A stretch of 64,000 nt of DNA from Candidatus Bathyarchaeia archaeon. Lineage in GTDB: Archaea; Thermoproteota; Bathyarchaeia; Bathyarchaeales; Bathycorpusculaceae. The notes below the pieces were generated by a model. The model was not told where the DNA came from, did not search any database, and saw only the letters and a program-made list of their open reading frames with translations. Every line of letters begins with the position of its first letter. The stretch's first letter is position 1. Location: the NCBI GenBank assembly GCA_050012255.1, contig JBEKHN010000008.1, positions 1 through 64,000 on the forward strand. Direction: 5' to 3'. Below, piece by piece: positions 1 to 10,185 of the stretch. Made by a program: the position numbers and the translations under genes.

Positions 1-115
1 CCCGGGGGGAGGGTGTGAGCACGCAAACACCCACTCGAACCGTGACAGTAACCATCACCATCGGAAAACGCCATGCCTGCCTCTTCAACGAAATTTAGGA
101 ACAAGCATGCGCGCG
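1..115. repeat. Dispersed ~115-bp repeat, copy 1 (possibly truncated by window edge)
   Basis: Aligns closely with 39523-39637 (cccggggggagggtgtgagcacgcaaacac...aatttaggaaca). Confidence 0.85.
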
Positions 116-361
116 AACTCTGGCGCATGACCTTCAAGACGCGTTTTCGTTTCTCATCGAGAAACTGAAGGTAGCAGGCGTTCTGGTAGGCGTCTCTTCT
201 GCGGCAGAAGCAAAACAGACTTTCTCGACTTTGACAAGAGTACTAGGTTGAAGAAGACTAGAGGTCAGAAAGACTCAATGCAAATAGCAACATGTACTGG
301 CACGTGGCTGTTTTTCTAGCAAAAAGCTGAATAAGACTAACGCAGCCGAATTGCTATTGAG

Positions 362-1093
362 ATGGCTTGGATGAGTTGGAACATAACAGATTCGAAGGCA
401 CTTGAAGAAAAGATCTTCAAACTCAAATTGAAAGTTGCGGCGTTTATCGGCATACAGAAAGGAATGACTGTTATTGACGTGGGCTGTGGACAAGGAGGGT
501 TTACTGCTTCTTTAGCGAAGATCGTGGGAGAGAAAGGGAAGGTTCTCGCAGTTGACGTTTCGGATGAATACGTGAAGGAGTTTACAGAACGATTGGATAA
601 GTACGGCGTGAAGAACAGAGTTGCCTTCATCCAAGCAGATGGAACTAGTCTTGGAGACGTCTTGTCTGGTGGTGTCGCCGACGTGGTTACAGGTTTCCGC
701 CTTCTTGAGGAGTTGAAAAGATGCGAAGATATGCCCAATATCATCGGTGGAATGGTTGGCGTGGCAAAAGATGGTGGAAAGGTGTGTCTCATCGAGTTGA
801 GCACCGTGGCTAGAAACAAGGCTGAGGAAGCTTACATCAGGCTTCACAAGGAAGGCGGAGACTGCTTTTTCGAACAGGGCACAATTGTTGATTCAATGAA
901 GGAGCATGGACTGAAAAATGTCTACGTAGAGAAGTTTGAGACTGACATCTGGTTCTCGCCTAGTCTTGCGAAACAAGACCTCAGTTTTGCGCAAGTGTGG
1001 TTCGACTCAAATGTTGAGAGAAGCTTGGCACCTTTGATAGATACGTATGGCATGAAATATCCCAAGTTGGTCATATTCTCAGGACAGAAATAG
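362..1093 (+). CDS. Class I SAM-dependent methyltransferase
   Basis: VIDVGCGQG motif I, VLAVD motif II. Confidence 0.85.
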   Translation: MAWMSWNITDSKALEEKIFKLKLKVAAFIGIQKGMTVIDVGCGQGGFTASLAKIVGEKGKVLAVDVSDEYVKEFTERLDKYGVKNRVAFIQADGTSLGDVLSGGVADVVTGFRLLEELKRCEDMPNIIGGMVGVAKDGGKVCLIELSTVARNKAEEAYIRLHKEGGDCFFEQGTIVDSMKEHGLKNVYVEKFETDIWFSPSLAKQDLSFAQVWFDSNVERSLAPLIDTYGMKYPKLVIFSGQK

Positions 1094-1227
1094 GTGAAAG
1101 ATAGCTGGGCTACGGACCCAAGGCTTTTGGTTACTATATCTCAACACTATAACGCAGCCCTGACGACTATTTATCGTAAAGTTTACTTCTAGTAAGGCAT
1201 CTTCGTATTTCCTTAGAGGAGAACACG

Positions 1228-2214
1228 ATGGTGTCAGGCGTTGACTTTGGCGTAGACATAGGTCCTTTCTTCAATTTTAGTAAGAATTCTTCATCCATCA
1301 CGAAGGTTGCAATGAAGATTGAAAGACTTGGGTTTGACTCGGTTTGGGTTCCGGATCACGGAATTGATCCTCTGGCAACACTGTCTTTTGTTGCTGCAAG
1401 TACAAGGAGCATAAAATTGGGCACGTGCGTCCTGATTCCTAACCATAGGCACCCAGTGCTCCTGGCTAGAGAAATATCAACATTAGACAATCTATCTGGG
1501 GGGAGGCTCATTCTTGGGCTTGGGGCTGGAGAAGGCAAGGAAGCGTTTGGCACTCTAATGGAACGACCCGTTGCTCGGATGTTGGAAACAATCAAAATAT
1601 TGAGGGGACTGTGGAAGCAATCCAACGTGACTTATCATGGAGATTTCTGGAGAATAGAAAACTATTCTTTAGAATTGAAGCCGTTACAAGAGCCTCATCC
1701 GCCAATCTGGATTGGTGCAAGTGGGCCTCGGATGTTGAAGATTACTGCAACGTATGGAAATGGTAGCTTCGGTCCTCAACTTGTCCCAAAACACTACCAA
1801 GAATGGCTGAACAGACTGCGCAGCATCGCTAGAGAAGTGGGTAGAAACCCGGATGATATTATGCCAGCACATCTGCCGTTCACAAGCATCTCAAATGACC
1901 ACGATACTGCTCTTAAGTGGCTAGAGCCTCATGTAAAATGGTTTCTAGTATGGGCGTCTCAGCCTCCAAGCTCATTACGGCAAATACTTGGCTATGAAGA
2001 AAAATGGGAAAAAGAAGAAGACGTACCTCAAGAAGCAGTCGAAAAATGCTTCGTCGTAGGAACACCGGAAGAATGCATTAGAAAAATGAAGGAGTTCCTT
2101 CGTAGCGGTGTGAGATATTTTGTTCTAGCAATCCGCGCTCCAGATGAAAAAAGCTACTTCCAGTCCCTCGAACTGTACGCAAGAGAAGTGTTGCCAGAAT
2201 TCAAAGACATATAA
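1228..2214 (+). CDS. LLM class flavin/F420-dependent oxidoreductase
   Basis: GFDSVWVPDH, LDNLSGGRLILGLGAG, PHPPIWIG. Confidence 0.9.
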   Translation: MVSGVDFGVDIGPFFNFSKNSSSITKVAMKIERLGFDSVWVPDHGIDPLATLSFVAASTRSIKLGTCVLIPNHRHPVLLAREISTLDNLSGGRLILGLGAGEGKEAFGTLMERPVARMLETIKILRGLWKQSNVTYHGDFWRIENYSLELKPLQEPHPPIWIGASGPRMLKITATYGNGSFGPQLVPKHYQEWLNRLRSIAREVGRNPDDIMPAHLPFTSISNDHDTALKWLEPHVKWFLVWASQPPSSLRQILGYEEKWEKEEDVPQEAVEKCFVVGTPEECIRKMKEFLRSGVRYFVLAIRAPDEKSYFQSLELYAREVLPEFKDI

Positions 2215-2336
2215 GAATGGTAGCTTCGGTAACAACGAGCCGAGAATCGAAGCGAAGCCCTAAGCTTGGGTCTTCTTTTGTAAAATGCTATTAAGTCTAT
2301 TAACCAAATGCATTATTGTATAGAACGGGAATTTGA

Positions 2337-3263
2337 GTGCAGTTTGGTGTAGTTCTTCATGTTTCTGCCCCCTACGCTAACTGGGACACTTTCTTGACCA
2401 TAGCAAAAGAAGCGGAACAACTGGGATACGATTCCGTATGGGTCTCTGATCACTTCGTTTCACCGGATGGTCGTCCTCATGCGCTGGAAGCTTGGACCGT
2501 CCTATCCGCGCTAGCCTCATCATCGCGTAAAATCAGGTTGGGGACCTATGTTCTTTGCAATCAATTCCGTCATCCGTCATTATTGGCCAAGATGGCCTCG
2601 ACATTAGATAATATTTCTAATGGAAGGCTCGAGTTGGGTGTTGGTGCTGGCTGGCTCAGAGATGAACATATAGCCTTCGGTTTCGATTGGGATACACATT
2701 CAAAGAGGGTTGAACGATTAAAAGAGACTATAGAAATAATAAAGAAACTCTGGACAGAAAATCACGTGTCTTACGATGGGAAATATTTCCGGCTGAAAGA
2801 CGCCACTCTTGAGCCAAAACCACTTCAAGAACCGCATCCCTGCGTCTGGGTTGGCGGAAACTCCGGCGACATCAGGAAAGTCGTTGCTGAAGTGGGCGAT
2901 GGTTGGATTCCAGTTTTGCCCACACCCACGCAACTAGCTAGTGGTGTGCTGCAGATCAAGGAAGGAATGGAACACGCTGACAGAGACGCTCAAGGGCTAC
3001 GAGTCGCTTACGGAGGAAGCGGTTGTGCTTTGATAGCAGAAAATGAAGAGCTAGTGAAGAAACTGTCAGAACCATTGATTCGTTCATTGACAAAGCCAAA
3101 CGAGGAATTTGCATGCCTTATTGGGACTCCAGAGCAGTGTATACGAAAGATAGAGGAGTACCGAAAAGCTGGCGCCCAAAGAATCGTGGCAGGATTCTAT
3201 GATTTCCCCTCTACGAAAGGCTTGAGACTTTTCGCAAAGTCGGTTATCCCTTGCTTCAAATGA
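2337..3263 (+). CDS. LLM class F420-dependent oxidoreductase
   Basis: GYDSVWVSDH, RHPSLLAKMASTLD, GRLELGVGAGW. Confidence 0.9.
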   Translation: MQFGVVLHVSAPYANWDTFLTIAKEAEQLGYDSVWVSDHFVSPDGRPHALEAWTVLSALASSSRKIRLGTYVLCNQFRHPSLLAKMASTLDNISNGRLELGVGAGWLRDEHIAFGFDWDTHSKRVERLKETIEIIKKLWTENHVSYDGKYFRLKDATLEPKPLQEPHPCVWVGGNSGDIRKVVAEVGDGWIPVLPTPTQLASGVLQIKEGMEHADRDAQGLRVAYGGSGCALIAENEELVKKLSEPLIRSLTKPNEEFACLIGTPEQCIRKIEEYRKAGAQRIVAGFYDFPSTKGLRLFAKSVIPCFK

Positions 3264-3719
3264 CAAGACGAAAGTGGACAAGAGGTGTTGCTCCCATCCG
3301 ATGTTGCGCCAAGTTTCGTACGTTTCTTCATTTGAAAAGCAAAACCTAGTGAATTTAAACCGATGTCTAAATCTCCATCCGGGACGGCGCTACAGATGAG
3401 TACCTAACAGGCCGCGAATCTAGATGGAGCTTCAAAACTGAAAACCCGACTGCGGGGCGGGATTTGAACACTGTCGACAGTGGAATGCTCCCTGATCTAA
3501 AACGTCTGGGTTTTTTTGTTCCGCTGAAGTCATATACACTTGCGCTACCTTCCGACAAAATGGAGTGACGTATTAGATAGTTTAAGCTTTTACGATAATT
3601 TAGCCTGACACTATATACTAAAACTTGGTTAATAGAAAAAAAACCGTTGTTGGTTTGGCTGGCGCGAAAAGTTAAGCAAAATCGACAAAATCTCGTTTTT
3701 TTCGCTGGTAGCGCGCGCG

Positions 3720-3789
3720 ATAGATACGCATGGGATGAAATACCCTGAGTTGCTCATTTTCTCAGGGCAAAAAAGTGCAAAAGACTGAG
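3720..3789 (+). pseudogene. 3' remnant of a paralog of the 362-1093 methyltransferase
   Basis: Translates IDTHGMKYPELLIFSGQKSAKD* versus IDTYGMKYPKLVIFSGQK*; begins right after GCGCGCGCG. Confidence 0.8.
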
Positions 3790-3874
3790 AAGAGTCTGAG
3801 GCTACAAAAGTCAAGTGCAGCCTGTCCACAGAAAATCTTATCATCCCAGAAGATGGAATCTACTTGGGAGCTAC

Positions 3875-4303
3875 ATGATCAAGAAAATCGGGTGTGTCGA
3901 GATTCCTGTTTCTGACATGAAGAGGGCGGTGGACTTTTACGAGGGCACTTTGAAGCTTAAGAAAACCTATGAGCATCCAGTGTGGACGTCATTTGATGTG
4001 GGAGGAGTTAGCTTTGCTCTTGCGGCAAGTGGGACTAAGAAGAAAGTCAAAGATGCAAAGGTGTGCAAGAGTTGTTCAATGTGTGTGCTCAGATATGCGG
4101 CCGCGAAGATGAAACAGGATAAGGAGGCGCCCTCTGCAAGCTCTGCTATCTACCTGGGCGTTGCCAATTTGGACGAGTTCTACAGAAGCTTGACAAGTCA
4201 AGGCGTGAAATTCATAACTGAACCCAAGGATCAAGGGTGGGGCGGGAGAACAGCCGTGATGCTTGACCCTGACGAAAACATAATTGTGCTGTCTCAAGTG
4301 TGA
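3875..4303 (+). CDS. VOC/glyoxalase family protein
   Basis: VEIPVSDMKRAVDFY and EPKDQGWGGRTAVMLDPDEN; ATG at 3875 preferred. Confidence 0.85.
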   Translation: MIKKIGCVEIPVSDMKRAVDFYEGTLKLKKTYEHPVWTSFDVGGVSFALAASGTKKKVKDAKVCKSCSMCVLRYAAAKMKQDKEAPSASSAIYLGVANLDEFYRSLTSQGVKFITEPKDQGWGGRTAVMLDPDENIIVLSQV

Positions 4304-4447
4304 TCATCGAAATATTAGCTGGCGTGAGATTCGCGGTTGGTTCAGAAGCTGGTATTGGCAACCAGTTGCGATGAGGGAGGAATAGCTGGAACGTCATCAT
4401 CTTCTTGGCAAAGAGGTTTAAGTTCGGTTGCCAACATACTTTGAAGT

Positions 4448-4924
4448 ATGAGCCTTGAAATAACAGACCCAGACAAGGACGATGTTGAGAGCCTAGTGGA
4501 GATTTACAGGTCACCAGATTTGTACCATAATCGAGAAGAAGCTAGCTGGTTTGTGAAATCATTCTTTGATTACCATCACGTGAAAGTCATAAGACAAGAG
4601 AGAAACGTGGTAGGTGCAGCGTTTTGGAATGTTGTCGAAGAAAAACATCATGGACTGGTCGAAATCGTAGACCTTTGGATCGATGAGAACTTTAGGAGAA
4701 GAGGTCTCGGAGAGAAACTGCTGCTGACTGTTATTGAAGACATTAAACGATTTTTCGCCAAGGACAATCACGTTCTCAGAAAGGTCCTTGTCACCACGGG
4801 CGAAGACAATGAGGCAGCGAAGAAACTGTACGAGAAGGTTGGCTTTCAGGGGTCTGCTGTTCTCAGAGACCTGTTTGCGGCGGGCGAGAATGAACTCGTA
4901 TACGTTTTGACGATCAATCCTTGA
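4448..4924 (+). CDS. GNAT family N-acetyltransferase
   Basis: FRRRGLGEKLL acetyl-CoA motif, NEAAKKLYEKVGF. Confidence 0.85.
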   Translation: MSLEITDPDKDDVESLVEIYRSPDLYHNREEASWFVKSFFDYHHVKVIRQERNVVGAAFWNVVEEKHHGLVEIVDLWIDENFRRRGLGEKLLLTVIEDIKRFFAKDNHVLRKVLVTTGEDNEAAKKLYEKVGFQGSAVLRDLFAAGENELVYVLTINP

Positions 4925-5033
4925 ATTGCATTTGATAAATGGCTCCATTACGACGAAGCCATTGGGACTCTTGTCAAGAATGCAAGGAACAAGAGTAAAG
5001 GGTCAGCATGTGCTATTAGTGTTCGTGACGTAG

Positions 5034-5954
5034 ATGGATCTTCGACGTCTCGAGTTAGCTCTCACCACTAGGTGTAACTCACAGTGTGTGTACTGTCAGG
5101 CAGACGCAGGGCCATGGCGAAATGAAGTCATGGATGTCAGAGACGCACACAATTATCTTACTGAAGCTGTGAAGGTCGCAGACCTGAAGTCGTTCATGGT
5201 TTTCGGCGGGGAACCAATGCTATACCCAACTGCGGCGATCGCTATATTCAAGAAAGCTCAACAGTTGAAAATTCCAAGCATCGACATGCTAACAAACGGA
5301 ATATGGGGCAGAGACAAAGAAACGGCGGAGAGATTAGCCAAGAAACTGAAGAATGCGGGACTTAACACTTTGGGCATAAGCGTCGACGCTTTTCACCTTG
5401 AACACATACCGCTAGAGTATCCACGGAACGCCGCGCAGGCTTCACTCAAGGCAACCATCGAAAAGGTCACGTGGAACGTTGCGGTCATCGAATCATTAGA
5501 CGCGGCAAACCATTATGACAAGATGACGGCTCACATACTGAAAGAGCTGGAACCAGTAGGAATCGAAGCGCACGTACACAAGGTTGCGGCGGCTGGACGC
5601 GCACTACAGACGATCCCACAGTATTTTCAGAAAACCCGACTGGATGGCCCCTGCGAAGGCGAAACACCCATGGAGAACACGCTGACAAACCCACAATGCC
5701 TAACCATTGAACCGTCAGGTTCGATGGACATATGCTGGCACCTCTCCATCGGAAACGCGATAGAAACACCACTGAGCCTCATCATAAGCAAGTATGATTG
5801 GCAAGGAAATCCTATGATTAAGACTCTGGTGGAAGAGGGCCCGATGGGGTTGCTGGAACGTCAAAAGCCATTTGCTGACCGCTTCAACAAGAGTGAATGT
5901 GTCAACAAGTGCCACTTGTGCGTAGAAGTCAGAAAAGCTTTCAACCTCACCTAG
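5034..5954 (+). CDS. Radical SAM protein with C-terminal twitch/SPASM-like Cys
   Basis: CNSQCVYC, GGEP, C-terminal Cys residues. Confidence 0.85.
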   Translation: MDLRRLELALTTRCNSQCVYCQADAGPWRNEVMDVRDAHNYLTEAVKVADLKSFMVFGGEPMLYPTAAIAIFKKAQQLKIPSIDMLTNGIWGRDKETAERLAKKLKNAGLNTLGISVDAFHLEHIPLEYPRNAAQASLKATIEKVTWNVAVIESLDAANHYDKMTAHILKELEPVGIEAHVHKVAAAGRALQTIPQYFQKTRLDGPCEGETPMENTLTNPQCLTIEPSGSMDICWHLSIGNAIETPLSLIISKYDWQGNPMIKTLVEEGPMGLLERQKPFADRFNKSECVNKCHLCVEVRKAFNLT

Positions 5955-6052
5955 AGCTGGAACCAATCAATTTGATTCTTCTGCAATTATACCTGTCTTT
6001 TTTGACCGTTTAGATTTAAGAGCAATTTGACAGACATAATGTTCTTGAGGAA

Positions 6053-6796
6053 ATGACCGGCATGAAGCCCGATTCGGACGCTTTCGGCCAACAGCTATGG
6101 GCCCTCCATAACGGGTCAGAGGTTTTCGAAATCATAGAAAGAGACGATGGCTACGTGGACGCCATGGGTGCAAAGGGCTATTTCTCTGGGTACGAAGACT
6201 GGCCACAAATCGAGCAGAAGGCGATGGAATTCGTCAGAGGCAGAGTGTTGGACGTGGGTTGTGGAGCTGGCAGACATTCTCGATACTTGCAGGAGAAAGG
6301 CCTCGACGTAACTGGGATCGACGTTTCTCCTCTTGCCATAAAAGTCTGCAGACTCAGAGGGCTCAGAAAGGTCAAGCAAATGAAAGTTGAGGACATAGAC
6401 TTCAAACCGAACGCTTTCGACACGATCATCATGATGGGAAACAACTTCGGCCTGTTCGGCAGCTTCAACAAGGCTAAGAGGTTGCTGAGAAAATTTCACA
6501 AAATGACCTCTGAGAACGCGGTAATAGTTGCCGACACTCGTGACCCTTACAAAACAGACAATCCAGCGCATCTAGCGTATCACGAGCGCAACAGGGAAAG
6601 AGGCAGGATGGGCGGTCAAGTTAGGATAAGGGTAAGGTTCAGAAAACATGTTGGCAGATGGTTCGATTACCTCATGGTCTCAAGAGAAGAGATGAAAGCA
6701 ATCCTAAGAGGCACGGGGTGGAAAGTCAAGGAGTTCATCGACTCCGAAAGCGAAAGCGACTCGCGCTACGTCGCCGTCATTCGTAAAGGTTGCTGA
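6053..6796 (+). CDS. Class I SAM-dependent methyltransferase
   Basis: VLDVGCGAGRH, FDTIIMMGNNFG. Confidence 0.85.
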   Translation: MTGMKPDSDAFGQQLWALHNGSEVFEIIERDDGYVDAMGAKGYFSGYEDWPQIEQKAMEFVRGRVLDVGCGAGRHSRYLQEKGLDVTGIDVSPLAIKVCRLRGLRKVKQMKVEDIDFKPNAFDTIIMMGNNFGLFGSFNKAKRLLRKFHKMTSENAVIVADTRDPYKTDNPAHLAYHERNRERGRMGGQVRIRVRFRKHVGRWFDYLMVSREEMKAILRGTGWKVKEFIDSESESDSRYVAVIRKGC

Positions 6797-6856
6797 AGTG
6801 CCGCTGAGGCTATTCAGCAGGCGCCAACACTGGAATGCAGTTCGGCGGAGAGAAAA

Positions 6857-7837
6857 ATGTCAAACTGGGTCCGACAACTGAGGTTCAACCCAATTCCCAT
6901 CTTGGCCAAATCTAAAAACAAGGCGATCTCCCACTTTGCAAGGCAAGACCTTCTGGAGCAACCTGCAGAACCCGTTTATGCGCTCTGGAAGCTCCCAGAA
7001 GTGACTGGGCTACTTGACAAGCAGGAGATAGACGGCTCATGGAAATATCACGGCGGAAAAGAAGCCATTCGTTCGCGAGAAAACTACGATCAACTTGAAA
7101 CATACAGAACACTCGGAACACTCGTGGAAAAGTACGGTTTCAGTTCCGAACATCCAGCCATACAGGAAGCGGCCGACTTCCTCTTCAGCTTTCAAACCGT
7201 AGAAGGAGACTTCAGAGGAATCTACGGAAACCAGTATACCCCCAACTACTCAGCGGCGATAATGGAGCTTCTCATCAAAGCAGGCTATTATAGTGATGAA
7301 CAAATAGAAAAAGGATTCAAATGGTTGCTGAAGATGCGGCAGAACGACGGCGGATGGGCAATACCGACCAGAACGCTGCGCGGAGAAGACGCTCTAACCC
7401 TCATGCAGGCCATGAGAAAGCGAGAACCGATTCAGCCAGACAAGTCAAAACCCTTCTCGCACCTTGTAACGGGCATAGTGCTACGCGCTCTCACTGCACA
7501 CCCAAGATACCGGAATACAAAAGAAGCCAGACGCGCCGGGGAGCTCTTGAAGTCAAGATTCTTTAAACCAGACACTTACCCAGACCGAAAAGCCCCAAGC
7601 TTCTGGACCAAGTTCACGTATCCCTTCTGGTTCACAGATTTGCTGTCTTCGCTCGACTCGCTCTCCCTGCTGGGGTTCACAGGCGAAGACCCACATGTAA
7701 AAGAAGCCCTCCGATGGCTCACTGACAGACAGCAAGAAGACGGCCTCTGGAGAGTCAAACTGCTAAAATCAGGGGGAGACAAAAACCTGAAACTCTGGGT
7801 CAGCCTGGCCATCTGCAGAGTCTTCAAAAGGCTTTAA
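6857..7837 (+). CDS. Prenyltransferase/squalene-cyclase repeat (alpha-barrel) protein
   Basis: Repeated QxxDGxW motifs (QEIDGSW, QNDGGW, QQEDGLW). Confidence 0.7.
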   Translation: MSNWVRQLRFNPIPILAKSKNKAISHFARQDLLEQPAEPVYALWKLPEVTGLLDKQEIDGSWKYHGGKEAIRSRENYDQLETYRTLGTLVEKYGFSSEHPAIQEAADFLFSFQTVEGDFRGIYGNQYTPNYSAAIMELLIKAGYYSDEQIEKGFKWLLKMRQNDGGWAIPTRTLRGEDALTLMQAMRKREPIQPDKSKPFSHLVTGIVLRALTAHPRYRNTKEARRAGELLKSRFFKPDTYPDRKAPSFWTKFTYPFWFTDLLSSLDSLSLLGFTGEDPHVKEALRWLTDRQQEDGLWRVKLLKSGGDKNLKLWVSLAICRVFKRL

Positions 7838-7861
7838 AAAGCCCTCCAGAATGGTCGTGGA

Positions 7862-7931
7862 CGCTGAAAACCGAGGGGGGTAGGCGTGTTAGACGGGTGA
7901 GAACGCGAGTACGGGTATGTTAAACAGCCCG
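7862..7931 (+). repeat. G-string intergenic repeat, copy A
   Basis: Aligns with 50845-50920 and reverse complement of 61884-61943. Confidence 0.75.
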
Positions 7932-8063
7932 AGTATCATCTGCGTTCGAGATAAGATTCTACTTGAGGCAGTTTTCAAGCCATTTCATGTTATCTTTGAC
8001 ACGGGCAGACTTTTATCTCCTAAAACCCGCATAAGAGATGCAGAGCAAGATCACTCGCAGAGG

Positions 8064-9038
8064 ATGATAAGTCCGTTGAAAACCATAGGTGTCGTGACGA
8101 GCGGCGGTGACGCGCCGGGCATGAACGCTGCCATCCGAGGTATCACTCGCATAGCTTACTCGAAGAACCTTCAGGTTCTAGGTTTTGAGAGGGGCTGGGA
8201 AGGCTTGATAACGAACAGCTCTAGACCACTGACCCCCAGATCTGTCGGCGGCATAATACAGCTCGGCGGCACGATCCTGCACACGTCAAGATGCTTAGAG
8301 TTCAAGACGCCAGAAGGCATCAACAAGGCCGCCGAAACCCTCGCTTCAAGAAGCCTTGACGCACTCGTGGTCATCGGAGGAAACGGCTCCTTCCACGGAG
8401 CATTGGAGCTGAGCGAGGAAACAGACAGTCTCATAGTCGGAGTGCCAGCGTCGATCGATAACGATGTCTTTGGAACGGACGAAACGATAGGCTTCGACAC
8501 GGCCTTGAACACCGCAGTCGATGAAATCGACAAGATAAGAGACACAGCCATCTCACACGAGAGGATCTTCATAGTCGAGGTCATGGGGCGAGCAAGAGGC
8601 TTCCTCGCAGCAACCGTGGGGCTGACGGTTGGAGCAGAGATAATCTTGGTTCCAGAGGTCAAGGTTGAAACGAGAAAGATCGTCGAACGACTGGAAGAGA
8701 ACAACGCCAAAGGAAAAAAATCGGGCATAATAGTTGCAGCAGAGGGAATCGGAGACACACGCAAGCTCGGAGAAGACATCGAGAAAGAAACGCGAACAGA
8801 GGTCAGGCTAACCGTTTTGGGCTACGCTCAAAGAGGAGGAAGCCCCTCAGCCAGAAGCCGACTTCTAGCCAGCCTCTTTGCAAACGAGGCCATTGAGCTG
8901 CTCACGAAAAATCGAGGAAACAGAATAGTCGGACTCCAAAACGGCAACGTAACGAGCATGGACCTCGAAAAATCATGCAGCAAAGAGAAGCCTCTAGACT
9001 TGAACCTGTTGAGTCTGGCAAACGTGCTGGCAACCTAA
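8064..9038 (+). CDS. pfkA: 6-phosphofructokinase, PfkA family, ATP-type signature
   Basis: TSGGDAPGMNAAIR, GGNGS, PASIDND, VEVMGR; start at 8064 or 8076 rather than 7917. Confidence 0.9.
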   Translation: MISPLKTIGVVTSGGDAPGMNAAIRGITRIAYSKNLQVLGFERGWEGLITNSSRPLTPRSVGGIIQLGGTILHTSRCLEFKTPEGINKAAETLASRSLDALVVIGGNGSFHGALELSEETDSLIVGVPASIDNDVFGTDETIGFDTALNTAVDEIDKIRDTAISHERIFIVEVMGRARGFLAATVGLTVGAEIILVPEVKVETRKIVERLEENNAKGKKSGIIVAAEGIGDTRKLGEDIEKETRTEVRLTVLGYAQRGGSPSARSRLLASLFANEAIELLTKNRGNRIVGLQNGNVTSMDLEKSCSKEKPLDLNLLSLANVLAT

Positions 9039-9140
9039 GACCCCACGAAATTTGCATCCACGCAATGATGTACAATGCTGGTCTGTGCCATTGGAGCTGC
9101 ATGCTGTGGAAAACAGCGTTGAGCACGCGCTGGCAAATTC

Positions 9141-10169
9141 TCAGCCGAAAAACACGCTTGCTATGTCGTAGAGTTCCAGGTCCACCGGCTTCCTCTTTCC
9201 GACGACTTCCTTAAGCGGAACGGACACTATCTTGTTTCCTTTTATGGCGACCATACGGTCAAACTTACCTTCATGAACTAGGTCTATAGCTGCGATTCCG
9301 AATCTCGTGGCCAATATCCTGTCGAATGCCGTCGGGGAGCCGCCGCGCTGAAGATGGCCCAGAACGACGACCCGTGTTTCGATGTTCAAGCATTTTTCGA
9401 TTTCCTTGCCGAGGTAGTAGCCAACGCCTCCCAAGCGGATGTGGCCGAACTCGTCGACGCTTTCGCTGTAGACAATTTCAACGCCGCCTTTCGGTTTGGC
9501 TCCTTCGGCAACGACTATTAGGCTGAAGTTTCTGCCCCTCCTCTGTCTCTGTCTGATGCACTCACAAACCTCGTCTATGTCGAAGGGTTTCTCAGGGATT
9601 AGTATGACGTCTGCGCCACCGGCTAATCCCGCTTCTAACGCTATCCACCCGGTGTATCTGCCCATGACTTCGAGGATAATCACCCTGTGATGCGTCTCGG
9701 CCGTTGTGTGAAGCCTGTCCAGCGCCTCCGTGGCAACGCCGACCGCCGTCATGAAGCCAAACGTGTAGTCCGTCCCAGCCAAGTCGTTGTCGATGGTTTT
9801 GGGCACGCCGACACACTTGAGTCCAAGCTCGCCCATCTTCTGGGCTACGCTCAGCGTGTCGTCCCCACCGATGACAATAAGGGCTCCGATGCCCGCCTTT
9901 CTCGCGTTCTCCATAATTCTTTCAAGTCCCTTTTCTCTCTTGAAGGGGTTCGTTCTAGAAGTGCCCAGGATTGATCCTCCCTTAGGGAGAATGCCTGAAG
10001 CCGCCTTAAGATCCAACGACAAGTATTCACCTTCGATGAGTCCAGCCCAGCCGTCCTTTATGCCGATTATCTCGTAGCCGTAGTTCTGTATGCCCTTCTT
10101 GACCACGGCTCTTATGACGGCGTTGATTCCTGGAGCGTCCCCGCCTCCGCTTAAGACTCCAACCTTCAT
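9141..10169 (-). CDS. pfkA: PfkA-family phosphofructokinase with PPi-type signature
   Basis: GGGDAPG, GGDDT, PKTIDND, EVMGR, LGHLQRGG. Confidence 0.9.
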   Translation of the reverse strand: MKVGVLSGGGDAPGINAVIRAVVKKGIQNYGYEIIGIKDGWAGLIEGEYLSLDLKAASGILPKGGSILGTSRTNPFKREKGLERIMENARKAGIGALIVIGGDDTLSVAQKMGELGLKCVGVPKTIDNDLAGTDYTFGFMTAVGVATEALDRLHTTAETHHRVIILEVMGRYTGWIALEAGLAGGADVILIPEKPFDIDEVCECIRQRQRRGRNFSLIVVAEGAKPKGGVEIVYSESVDEFGHIRLGGVGYYLGKEIEKCLNIETRVVVLGHLQRGGSPTAFDRILATRFGIAAIDLVHEGKFDRMVAIKGNKIVSVPLKEVVGKRKPVDLELYDIASVFFG

Positions 10170-10185
10170 TCGGGCGGTTCTCCAT

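Noticed and set aside
1759-2230. 15-bp direct repeat AATGGTAGCTTCGGT
   Set aside because: A single pair of this length is compatible with chance in 64 kb
3451-3469. tRNA-like GTTCAAATCCCGCCCCGCA on the - strand
   Set aside because: Too short, no 5' T-stem and no CCA; may be a scar but unsupported
7917-8063. N-terminal extension of pfkA
   Set aside because: Overlaps the repeat/promoter region and has no PFK similarity
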